The notes: a model not told the origin generated them from the letters alone. A stretch of DNA of 64,000 nucleotides from Gemmatimonadetes bacterium 13_2_20CM_2_65_7 (GCA_001915025.1 MNDR01000083.1:151-64150); one strand, 5' to 3'; shown: positions 19,141 to 27,292, numbered from the stretch's first letter. Program-made: numbers and translations.

Positions 19141-19206
19141 CCATGCGCGGCAAATCCGCCGCCGGATTCGGTAGGGGATCGCCTGCCCACACGTCGCAAA
19201 GTGAAG

Positions 19207-19235
19207 TTGACAAGATCCGCAGCGCGGCATAGATG
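19207..19235 (+). promoter_or_regulatory. Candidate sigma70 promoter of the cyc2-cox operon
   Basis: Perfect TTGACA at 19207-19212, 17-bp spacer, weak -10 TAGATG. SD sequence GGAGGT at 19292-19297. Confidence 0.45.
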
Positions 19236-19301
19236 TGGCGTTGGATTGTCTGTCACCAGCCGTTCTCTCGCAGGGTCTTCTTCCCACGAGGGGAGGTTCA
19301 C

Positions 19302-20711
19302 ATGGTCAGGCGGTTCCTGAAGGCCGCAGCCCCGCTGGCGATGTTGGTTTGCGCGGCCATGGCACCAAACCCCGGCGGCAGCACGGTGGCCGCCACCTAC
19401 ACCGCAGCGTACGCGACCTACACGCACCGAATCCCATCGTTCGCGCGCAAGTACAACCTGCCGTGTTCGGCGTGTCATACCGCGTGGCCGGAGCTGAATG
19501 CCTTTGGACAGGCGTTCCGCGACAACGGCTACCAAATGATGAATGACCGCGACTCCCCCATCTGGCAGAACCCGTCCTACATCCCCGTGACATTCCGCGT
19601 GACGCCGAACTGGCACCGCGAGGGCGCTACGAAACAACCGGTGGACCCAACCCCCGGCGTGCCCAGCTGCGTGTCGGCGACGGGCGTAGGCTGCGTCCCC
19701 AGGACGCTGATGCAATCGGGCTTCGACCTGTCAGGCATGGATTTGTGGACGGCGGGCACGATATACAAGAACATCTCCTTCGTCCTGCTTCCCTCGGCCG
19801 ACGCGAACGCGTCGTTCCACTTCGAGGCCGCGTTCGTGCGGTTCGACAACCTGGCGGACAATCGCTGGGTCAACTTGAAGGTGGGAAAGTTCGAGCTCGA
19901 CAACCTGATCTCGGAGAAGCGGTTCCTGTTCCTGTCCGGCAACGGCGGCGTGTATCAGTCATACCATTTCCTGCCGGCCGGCGACGCGAACGACTTCGGA
20001 TTGGGCGACAATCAGATCGGTGCCGAGCTGTCGGGACACTCGCAAAACAGCTACACGCGCTATGGTGTGGCGCTGTTGAGCACCTCGTCCGGGAACCCCG
20101 GTCTCGTGTCGAGCAACGCGTACGACACCTACCTCACGTTCAGTCACGCCATCGACGCCGGCAAGCTGGGTGTGGAGCGCCTCGGCGTCTACGCGTACCT
20201 GGGCCGACGGCCCACGTACTTCCAGACCACGGATTCCGGCGCAGCAATTCCCGGCACGGGGACGGGGAACAAGCCGTTTTATCGCGTCGGCCTCTCCGGT
20301 GACTTCTTCTTCGGCGACTTCGAGTTGCTGCCGCTGGTGATGCACGCGTCGGACGACAAGTATCTGGCCAACGCGACGCCCTCGAACGGCACGCTGCCCG
20401 CTGGTGCCCAGGCTGCGACCTGGAATGCCGGATTCCTCGAGGCGCACTACTACGTCAGCCCGCAGCTCGTTTTCACCGGGCGGTTCGAAACGGTGCGGAT
20501 GGCGCAGCAGGCCATTTCCGGCACGCAGAAGAACCTCGGCGATGTGGATGCATTCTCGGGGGGCGTGCGCTGGTATCCGATCATGTTCAGCCGCGCCGGG
20601 TTGAGCTGGCATACGGAGATCTCCGCGGTGAGGATGCAGGGGTCGGTCTTTGCCGGGAGCGACCGCGTGTGGGCCACCAGCGTGTTCAGCGGACTGGACT
20701 TCGACTTCTAG
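19302..20711 (+). CDS. cyc2: Cyc2-like fused monoheme cytochrome c / outer-membrane porin
   Basis: Signal-like N-terminus, then IPSFARKYNLPCSACHTAWPELNAFGQAFRDNGY (PxFAR...CxxCH...PxL..FG..F...GY). About 380 aa of amphipathic beta-strands follow, ending in Phe (GLDFDF). Confidence 0.85.
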   Translation: MVRRFLKAAAPLAMLVCAAMAPNPGGSTVAATYTAAYATYTHRIPSFARKYNLPCSACHTAWPELNAFGQAFRDNGYQMMNDRDSPIWQNPSYIPVTFRVTPNWHREGATKQPVDPTPGVPSCVSATGVGCVPRTLMQSGFDLSGMDLWTAGTIYKNISFVLLPSADANASFHFEAAFVRFDNLADNRWVNLKVGKFELDNLISEKRFLFLSGNGGVYQSYHFLPAGDANDFGLGDNQIGAELSGHSQNSYTRYGVALLSTSSGNPGLVSSNAYDTYLTFSHAIDAGKLGVERLGVYAYLGRRPTYFQTTDSGAAIPGTGTGNKPFYRVGLSGDFFFGDFELLPLVMHASDDKYLANATPSNGTLPAGAQAATWNAGFLEAHYYVSPQLVFTGRFETVRMAQQAISGTQKNLGDVDAFSGGVRWYPIMFSRAGLSWHTEISAVRMQGSVFAGSDRVWATSVFSGLDFDF

Positions 20712-20724
20712 GGAGGGCCCGATC

Positions 20725-21573
20725 ATGAGACCGATCATTCGGCGCATGGCGCGCATGGCGGCTCTGAGCGTTCTCCTCGGAGCGGGGGGAACGACTGCGG
20801 GCTGGGCGCAAGAAAGCCAAGTCGGCAGCATCACCGGCCACACCGACGCTGGGAAAAAGTTGTACCGTCGCTACTGCATCGGCTGCCATGGGCCCAGCGG
20901 CGACGGAGCCGGCGAGAATGCACCGTGGATCGATCCCAAGCCGCGTGACTTCACGCTCGCCGTCTTTAAGTGCCGCTCGACGCCGAGCGGGACGCTGCCG
21001 ACTGATGAAGACCTGTTCAACGCGATCACCCGGGGGTTCGTCACGACGTACATGCCGCAGTGGCGTCCCCTCACCGCCCAAAACCGCACCGATCTCGTGG
21101 CGTACATCAAGACGTTCTCGCCGAAGTGGCGGAGCGGTAAGGCCGGAACACCGATCACGGTTCCGCCGGAGCCGGCGCCCACCGCGGAAAGCATCCTGCG
21201 CGGCCGCCAGCTATTCCAGCGGATGGAATGCTGGAAGTGCCACGGCCCTGCGGGCCACGGCGACGGTCCCTCGGCCGCGACGCTTACCGACAACAAAGAC
21301 CTGCCCATCCGGCCGTACGACTTCTCGACCGGCACGCGGTTCATGTGCGGAGCGACCAACCAGGATCTCTACCGCATCTTCATGACCGGCCTGGATGGCT
21401 CGCCGATGCCGTCGTTCGCCGACCAGCTGAAGCCCGCTGAGGCATGGGATCTCGTGCACTTCCTCCGGACACTGCAACCGATCGAAACCCGGGAGGCCGC
21501 GATCTGGCGGGACTGGTTGAACACGCACGCGCGTGAGCTGAAGCCGATTGGCCCTGGAGGAGGTGGACGATGA
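20725..21573 (+). CDS. Periplasmic diheme c-type cytochrome
   Basis: GGGAGG SD and signal peptide. Two homologous domains with CIGCH and CWKCH, each followed by a distal Met (YMPQW, PMPSF). Confidence 0.9.
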   Translation: MRPIIRRMARMAALSVLLGAGGTTAGWAQESQVGSITGHTDAGKKLYRRYCIGCHGPSGDGAGENAPWIDPKPRDFTLAVFKCRSTPSGTLPTDEDLFNAITRGFVTTYMPQWRPLTAQNRTDLVAYIKTFSPKWRSGKAGTPITVPPEPAPTAESILRGRQLFQRMECWKCHGPAGHGDGPSAATLTDNKDLPIRPYDFSTGTRFMCGATNQDLYRIFMTGLDGSPMPSFADQLKPAEAWDLVHFLRTLQPIETREAAIWRDWLNTHARELKPIGPGGGGR

Positions 21574-22277
21574 TGCTTCGGATTTTCGCAGGGTCCATGC
21601 TGGTGGTGCTCGTTGGAGCTGCGGGGCGCGGACCATTCCCCGCGGGCACGATCAATGGCAAGGTCACGTATACCGGCACCCCGCCCAAGGCACACCCGAT
21701 CGACATGGCGAAGGAACCAAACTGTGTGACCCAACACCCAACGCCGGTCTCCACCCAGGACGCGGTGACCGGCCCAGGCAACAGCGTTCGCTATGTCGTC
21801 GTCTACATTGCCGCCGGTGACCAGGGCGCCCCCGCGGCGACCGACACCGTTCATTACGATCAGAAGGGTTGCATGTACATTCCGCACGTGGCGGCAATGC
21901 AGGTGCACCAGCCGCTCGCGATCTTCAACGATGACCCGCACTCCCACAACATCCACCCGCTCGCTCGAATCAATCCGGAGTGGAACAAGTCGCAGCCCAA
22001 GGGAGCGCCCCCAATCCGGACCACGTGGGAGCAGCCGGAGTTCATTGCGGTCAAGTGCAATGTGCACCCCTGGATGCACGGCTATTTCGCGGTGCTCGCG
22101 ACGCCGCATTTCAGCGTGACCGATACCACCGGTGCCTTTATGCTCGCGGGACTGCCGCCGGGCAAATACACGGTGACGGCGTGGCACGAGCGCTTTGGGA
22201 CGCAGAGTCAAGAGGTGACAATTGGCGGAGCCGAGACGAAGACCGTCAATTTCGTGCTGACCGCGAAGCCCTACTAA
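21570..22277 (+). CDS. Exported cupredoxin-like protein within a carboxypeptidase-regulatory-like Ig fold
   Basis: Signal peptide; HNIH plus C-N-V-H-P-W-M loop (type-1 Cu ligand spacing as in amicyanin CxxHPxM); GLPPGKYTVTAWHE. Confidence 0.8.
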   Translation: MMLRIFAGSMLVVLVGAAGRGPFPAGTINGKVTYTGTPPKAHPIDMAKEPNCVTQHPTPVSTQDAVTGPGNSVRYVVVYIAAGDQGAPAATDTVHYDQKGCMYIPHVAAMQVHQPLAIFNDDPHSHNIHPLARINPEWNKSQPKGAPPIRTTWEQPEFIAVKCNVHPWMHGYFAVLATPHFSVTDTTGAFMLAGLPPGKYTVTAWHERFGTQSQEVTIGGAETKTVNFVLTAKPY

Positions 22278-22280
22278 GCC

Positions 22281-23084
22281 ATGGGGCGGTTGTTTGCCGT
22301 CGTCGTGGCCGTAATCGCGCTGGTCTCCGCGGCGATCTTCGCGCTGCACATCTGGTGGCTGCCCCCCGACATCTCTGTCCACGGCGGCGGGATCGATCGT
22401 CAGCTGAACGAGACGATGGTCGTCGCTGGCGTGCTGTTCGTGCTCGCGCAGCTGGCGCTGGCCGCGTTCGTCTGGCGTGCGGGCGAGAAGCAGCAACCGC
22501 GACCAGTCAAGGTATTTCCGGGCGGCGCGACGCCGATGGTCGTCGTTGCTACCGTGCTGGTCGGCTTCGAAATCCTGGTGCTGACATTCGTGGGCTCGAA
22601 GCTGTGGGCGGGCGTGTACCAGACGCTGCCCGCGCCGGGTTCCTTACAGATCGAAGTCCAGGCCGAGCAGTTCGCGTTCTATTTCCGCTACGCCGGCAAG
22701 GACGGGAAGTTCGGCGGCATGCATCCCGAGCTGATGAACGATGCGACCGAGAACTTCTTCGGGCTGGATCCCGCCAATGACACGACCGCTCGTGACGACA
22801 TTGTCGTCGCGAGCCTGGTGATCCCGGTAGATCAGCCCATCCTGCTGCAGATGCACGCGAAGGACGTCAATCATTCCTTTTACGTGCCGGAGCTGCGCAT
22901 CCAGCAGGACTTCGTGCCTGGCATGGTGATTCCGCTGCATTTCACGGCGACGATCCCTGGGAAGTACGAGCTGGTATGTACGCAGCTGTGCGGGCTGGGG
23001 CACTATAACATGCGCGCGTATGTCGAAGTGAAGACGGCCGCCGATTTCAGCCAATGGCTCAAGCAGAAGGAGGCCGAGCAGTGA
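22281..23084 (+). CDS. coxB: Cytochrome c oxidase subunit II (CuA)
   Basis: TM helices, DVNHSFYVPELRIQQDFVPG and CTQLCGLGHYNM. Confidence 0.95.
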   Translation: MGRLFAVVVAVIALVSAAIFALHIWWLPPDISVHGGGIDRQLNETMVVAGVLFVLAQLALAAFVWRAGEKQQPRPVKVFPGGATPMVVVATVLVGFEILVLTFVGSKLWAGVYQTLPAPGSLQIEVQAEQFAFYFRYAGKDGKFGGMHPELMNDATENFFGLDPANDTTARDDIVVASLVIPVDQPILLQMHAKDVNHSFYVPELRIQQDFVPGMVIPLHFTATIPGKYELVCTQLCGLGHYNMRAYVEVKTAADFSQWLKQKEAEQ

Positions 23085-24829
23085 CCGCTCCGGCGCACGT
23101 GCACGCGGCACCGCCGCAAAGCTTCCTGCGCAAGTACGTCTTCAGCGTCGACCACAAGGTGATCGGCCGGCAATACCTCGATCTGGCGCTCGTCGCTGTG
23201 GTGACGGGGATGGTGTTGTCGTGGATCATGCGCTTCCACCTCGGCTTTCCAGACACTGCTATACCCGGCCTCGGGAAGGTCGCGCCGACGGGCGCCGCCG
23301 GCGGGGTGATCACGCCGGAGTACTACCTCGAGCTGATGACGATGCACGGCACGATCATGGTCTTCTTCGTGCTGACGACGGCGCCATTCGCGGGCTTCGG
23401 CAACTATGTCCTGCCGCTTCAGGTGGGCGCCGAAGATATGGCGTTTCCGCGCATCAACATGATGTCGTTTTGGGTGACCTTGCTCGCGTTTCTCGTCCTC
23501 GTCGCGGCCTTCTTTATCGGCGATGGCCCGCCGCTGTCGGGATGGACGGCGTACGCGCCGCTCAGTGCGGTCGGCAAGGACGCGGGCCCGGGCCAGGGCA
23601 TGGGTCAAACGCTCTGGGCCTTCTCCATTGCCATCTTTTGCATAGCGCAACTACTGGGGGCCCTCAACTTCATTGCCACCACGCTCGATCTGCGCACCAG
23701 AGGAATGTCGCTCGCGCGGCTGCCATACTCGACCTGGGCGTGGTTCATCACCGCCGTGATCGCGCTGATCGCCTTCGCCGTGCTCATGCCCGCCTGCATT
23801 CTGTTGATTCTCGATCGCGTGGCGGGCACGAGTTTCTTCATTCCCGCCGGGCTCGTGCTCAGCGATCGCCTCCAGCCGCACGCAGGGGGATCCCCGCTGT
23901 TGTGGCAGCACCTCTTCTGGTTCTTCGGGCATCCGGAGGTGTACGTTGCGATCCTGCCCGGGTTCGGGATCGTCTCGCACATCCTGCCGGTGTTTACCCG
24001 CAAGCCGCTGCTCGGACCGCGAGTCTTTATCGCCTGCCTGATCGCGATCGCCTTTCTCAGCTACACGGTGTGGGGTCATCACATGTTCCTGAGCGGGATG
24101 AACCCCTTTTCGGCGACGCTCTTTTCCGTACCGACGCTGGTGATCACCATTCCGGCGACGATCATCACGCTGTTGTGGATCGGCACGATCTACGGAGGAC
24201 GGCTGCGCTTCACGGCGGCGTCGCTATTCGCGCTCGGCTTCGTCTCGGTGTTCGTGAGCGGCGGCATCAGCGGCTTCTTTCTGGCGCAGCCGTCCACCGA
24301 CATCTACCTCCACGGCACCTACTTCGTCGTCGCGCATTTCCACTTCGTGATGGGCGTTGCGGCGATGTTCGGGATTTTCGCGGGCACGTATTTCTGGTTC
24401 CCGAAACTATTCGGCCGATTCATGAACGAGACGCTGGGGAAGTGGCACTTCTGGCTCACGTTGATCGGCGTGTATTGCATTTTCATGCCGATGCACTACC
24501 TCGGGCTCGCGGGCAACGTGCGTCGCTACTCCGCGTTCACGGACGATTACTTGAAGCCGCTGATCCCGCTGCATCGCTTCATCACGATCGCGGCGCTCTT
24601 TACGGGCGCCGTGCAGCTCATCTTCCTCTTCAATCTCTTCCGCAGCCGGTTCCGGGGAGCGAAGGCGCCGGATAATCCGTGGGAGGCCACCACGCTCGAG
24701 TGGTCCACGTCCTCACCGCCGCCGGTGGACAATTTCGGCGGCCGTCATCCCGTCGTGACACACGGCCCCAACGAATACGGCGTCAATGATGGACGCGGCC
24801 GCGACTACATCATGCAGGCGGCGGACTGA
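23081..24829 (+). CDS. coxA: Heme-copper oxygen reductase subunit I, A1-type
   Basis: DHKVIG, TMHGTIMVF, DMAFPRIN, WFFGHPEVY, VWGHHM, VAHFHFV and RRY. GTG overlaps the coxB stop. Confidence 0.96.
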   Translation: MTAPAHVHAAPPQSFLRKYVFSVDHKVIGRQYLDLALVAVVTGMVLSWIMRFHLGFPDTAIPGLGKVAPTGAAGGVITPEYYLELMTMHGTIMVFFVLTTAPFAGFGNYVLPLQVGAEDMAFPRINMMSFWVTLLAFLVLVAAFFIGDGPPLSGWTAYAPLSAVGKDAGPGQGMGQTLWAFSIAIFCIAQLLGALNFIATTLDLRTRGMSLARLPYSTWAWFITAVIALIAFAVLMPACILLILDRVAGTSFFIPAGLVLSDRLQPHAGGSPLLWQHLFWFFGHPEVYVAILPGFGIVSHILPVFTRKPLLGPRVFIACLIAIAFLSYTVWGHHMFLSGMNPFSATLFSVPTLVITIPATIITLLWIGTIYGGRLRFTAASLFALGFVSVFVSGGISGFFLAQPSTDIYLHGTYFVVAHFHFVMGVAAMFGIFAGTYFWFPKLFGRFMNETLGKWHFWLTLIGVYCIFMPMHYLGLAGNVRRYSAFTDDYLKPLIPLHRFITIAALFTGAVQLIFLFNLFRSRFRGAKAPDNPWEATTLEWSTSSPPPVDNFGGRHPVVTHGPNEYGVNDGRGRDYIMQAAD

Positions 24830-24831
24830 TC

Positions 24832-25407
24832 ATGGCCGCCGTGATGCCGCCCCCTCCGCTCACGACGCGACCCACTGCCACCGTCACGGAGGCGCCGCGG
24901 GCGCAGCCCGGGCGGACAGGCATGTGGATCGCGATCGCAACGATCTCCATGTCCTTCGCGGCGTTGACCAGTGCCATGGTGGTGCGGCAGAGTGGCGCTC
25001 CCGACTGGCGGCATTTTCACCTGCCGTCCATCCTCTACGCCAACACCGCGGTTCTCCTGATCAGCAGCCTCACGCTCGAGTGGGCGAGGCGGCGATCGGC
25101 GGCAGCATTGTCGGTGACGCTCGGCCTCGGGCTCTTGTTCGTGGCTGGACAGATCACTGCGTGGCGCGAACTCAGCGCGCAGGGGCTGTTCCTCGCGACG
25201 GCGGCGAGTAGCTCGTTCTTTTACGTCTTCACGGCGCTGCACGGCCTGCATGTGATGGGAGGTTTGGGTGCTGTCGGATATCTCCTCCAGCGGCGCCTGG
25301 TGGCGGGCCGAGTCGCACCCACAACGTTCGCGGCCACCGCGTTGTACTGGCACTTCATGGCGGTGCTGTGGCTGTACCTGCTGGTCCTCCTGGTGGCGCG
25401 CGTATGA
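24832..25407 (+). CDS. coxC: Cytochrome c oxidase subunit III family protein (copy 1)
   Basis: GMWIAI, NTAVLLISSLT, FFYVFTALHGLHVMGG and LYWHFM. Confidence 0.88.
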   Translation: MAAVMPPPPLTTRPTATVTEAPRAQPGRTGMWIAIATISMSFAALTSAMVVRQSGAPDWRHFHLPSILYANTAVLLISSLTLEWARRRSAAALSVTLGLGLLFVAGQITAWRELSAQGLFLATAASSSFFYVFTALHGLHVMGGLGAVGYLLQRRLVAGRVAPTTFAATALYWHFMAVLWLYLLVLLVARV

Positions 25408-26015
25408 GCCACAGCGCGGCGCTGGCGGCGAGCGAGCCCTCTCCGTATCAAATCCCGTCGCGCAAGCTCGGCATCTGGATGTTCATCCTCGCCGACGCGG
25501 CGACATTCGGTGCGATGCTGTTCGCGTATGGCTATTTGCGCGTGGCCAATCCCGACTGGAACCGCCCGTTCGCGTTCTGGCCATCGATCGTGAACGGCAT
25601 CGGGATGACCGTGATTTTGCTAACGAGCAGCCTCACCATGGTCGCCGCGATGCTGGAGTCACAGCGAGGGCGCACCAGCGCGGCACTGCGCTGGCTCGGC
25701 GCGACAATGGCGCTGGGCGCGCTGTTCGCAGCGTTGCACCTGCGGGAATGGGTTGCGCTGATCGGCAGCGGATGGAGGTTGTTCCGGAATCCACTTGGCG
25801 GCACGCCGCTCGTGGGCGCGACGTTCTTCAGTATCACGGGGCTTCACATGCTCCACGTGATTAGCGGTGTCGTCGTGATCGGCGTGATTGGACTCGGCTT
25901 TCGGCGGGGCCGTTTCACGGCCAGTCATGTCGAGATCACGGGCCTCTATTGGCACTTCGTAGATCTGGTCTGGATGTTCGTGTTTCCGCTCGTCTATCTC
26001 TTGAACATGCGCTGA
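25404..26015 (+). CDS. coxC: Cytochrome c oxidase subunit III family protein (copy 2)
   Basis: KLGIWMFILAD, FFSITGLHMLHV and GLYWHFVDLVWMFVFPLVYL. ATGA overlap with copy 1. Confidence 0.9.
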   Translation: MSHSAALAASEPSPYQIPSRKLGIWMFILADAATFGAMLFAYGYLRVANPDWNRPFAFWPSIVNGIGMTVILLTSSLTMVAAMLESQRGRTSAALRWLGATMALGALFAALHLREWVALIGSGWRLFRNPLGGTPLVGATFFSITGLHMLHVISGVVVIGVIGLGFRRGRFTASHVEITGLYWHFVDLVWMFVFPLVYLLNMR

Positions 26016-26024
26016 GGATCGGCG

Positions 26025-26306
26025 ATGAAGCGCTACGTTGTGGTGTGGATGGGATTGCTGGCGATCGTTGCAGCTGAGGTGGTGATTACGCTCGCCCGCC
26101 CGGCGACTTTGGTTCTGCTTGCGGTGTTGCTTGCGCTGGCAATCGTGGAAGGCGGACTCGCACTCTTGTACTTCATGCATCTCAAGTATGAGCGACGCAA
26201 TCTGTTGTGGAGCCTGATTCCGACGCTTGTCATCGTCCTAGTACTTATGGGGCACTTCTTTCCGGATGCATTCCGCCTGATGCATCAGCGGGGCACCGCG
26301 CCCTGA
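26025..26306 (+). CDS. coxD: Cytochrome c oxidase subunit IV family protein
   Basis: Three TM segments and the LYFMHLKYE motif. Confidence 0.88.
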   Translation: MKRYVVVWMGLLAIVAAEVVITLARPATLVLLAVLLALAIVEGGLALLYFMHLKYERRNLLWSLIPTLVIVLVLMGHFFPDAFRLMHQRGTAP

Positions 26307-26322
26307 CCAACCGAACCATCCG

Positions 26323-26418
26323 ATGCAGGCCGTAATCAGCGCAATGCTCGTCCTCATGATTCCCGCATTTCTCATCTGTGCGGGAATAGCCGTCACGGCC
26401 TATCGCAAGCGGCGATGA
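26323..26418 (+). CDS. Putative 31-aa single-TM peptide (below the ORF-track cutoff)
   Basis: MQAVISAMLVLMIPAFLICAGIAVTAYRKRR. Starts 16 nt after the coxD stop and has an ATGA overlap with the next ORF. No clear SD. Confidence 0.45.
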   Translation: MQAVISAMLVLMIPAFLICAGIAVTAYRKRR

Positions 26419-26573
26419 GCCGCAAGCGGCAGAAGGACAAAGTCGTCGTGCGGGTGCCGAATCCGGATGCGCCGGTAAAGGAACGCCTGAAGACTCCAGC
26501 CCATAAGGTCCATCGTTCCAAGAAGGGATACCGCCGGCGCGCGAAGCATCAAAAACCGCCGGGCCTCGACTAG
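26415..26573 (+). CDS. Putative 52-aa basic protein, ArfA-like
   Basis: MSRKRQKDKVVVRVPNPDAPVKERLKTPAHKVHRSKKGYRRRAKHQKPPGLD. The K..Y.R..KH pattern resembles ribosome-rescue factor ArfA. Confidence 0.5.
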   Translation: MSRKRQKDKVVVRVPNPDAPVKERLKTPAHKVHRSKKGYRRRAKHQKPPGLD

Positions 26574-26620
26574 ATGCTGCTGGCGAGTTTCGTGGCAATA
26601 CACTAAGCTGACGCCCTCAG

Positions 26621-27292
26621 ATGCAACGGTCACCGCTGACACTCCTGCTCGTACTCAGCGCGGTCCAAGGTCCGGCGACACGCGGCGCGCACGTGACCGG
26701 CAGAATCGTGATCCTGGAGAAGGACAACAAGCCGTCGCCCGATCTCGACGATGCGGTGCTGTATCTCGAGGGAAACGCCGCCGCGCCGGTCAAACCGGTG
26801 ACCGTCGAGATCGCCATCACGGACAAGACGTACGCGCCGCATGTGGTGGTCGTCCCCGTCGGATCGACGGTGCGCTTTCCGAATCACGATCCCTTCAATC
26901 ACAACGTCTTCTCGGTCAGCGAGCCGAATCAATTCGACCTCGGCCTGTACGGCCGCGGTGACGCCAAGAGCCATACGTTCACGAATCCGGGACTCGTGCG
27001 CGTGTACTGCAACGTGCATCCGCGCATGGTCGCCTACGTGCAGGTCATGGCGAACCGGTACTACGGGCAGCCCGGGACCGACGGCAGCTTCACGATCGAC
27101 AACGTCCCGGCGGGCCGATATCGGCTGCACGTCTGGCACGAGCGCATTCCAACGGAGATCGTGCGGGACGTGACCGCAGGTGGCGATTCCACCGTGCAAA
27201 TCGCGCTGAACGCTCGCGGCTACCACTGGGAACCACACCGTAACAAGTACGGACGCAACTATCCCACCAATGCCGGACGCGAGCGCTACTAA
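26621..27292 (+). CDS. Second exported cupredoxin-like/Ig-fold protein
   Basis: Signal peptide; VRFPNHDPFNHNVFS, YCNVHPRM and VPAGRYRLHVWHE. Confidence 0.82.
   Translation: MQRSPLTLLLVLSAVQGPATRGAHVTGRIVILEKDNKPSPDLDDAVLYLEGNAAAPVKPVTVEIAITDKTYAPHVVVVPVGSTVRFPNHDPFNHNVFSVSEPNQFDLGLYGRGDAKSHTFTNPGLVRVYCNVHPRMVAYVQVMANRYYGQPGTDGSFTIDNVPAGRYRLHVWHERIPTEIVRDVTAGGDSTVQIALNARGYHWEPHRNKYGRNYPTNAGRERY

Noticed and set aside
19200-19260. FNR- or Fur-like box upstream of cyc2
   Set aside because: No convincing TTGAT-N4-ATCAA or GATAATGATAATCATTATC match.
23221-24675. 484-aa same-strand alternative-frame ORF inside coxA
   Set aside because: Arg/His/Pro-rich composition typical of a shifted frame over hydrophobic GC-rich codons; no SD or domain signal.
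23081-24829. Possibility that the divergent subunit I is a nitric oxide reductase
   Set aside because: It retains HPEVY with the cross-linking Tyr, the D-channel residues, and CuA subunit II plus subunits III/IV, all typical of A-type O2 reductases.
19130-26600. Target-site duplication or att sites flanking the cyc2-cox block
   Set aside because: Only a 6-bp CTGGCG match was seen at both ends, which is expected by chance; no integrase, transposase or tRNA is nearby.
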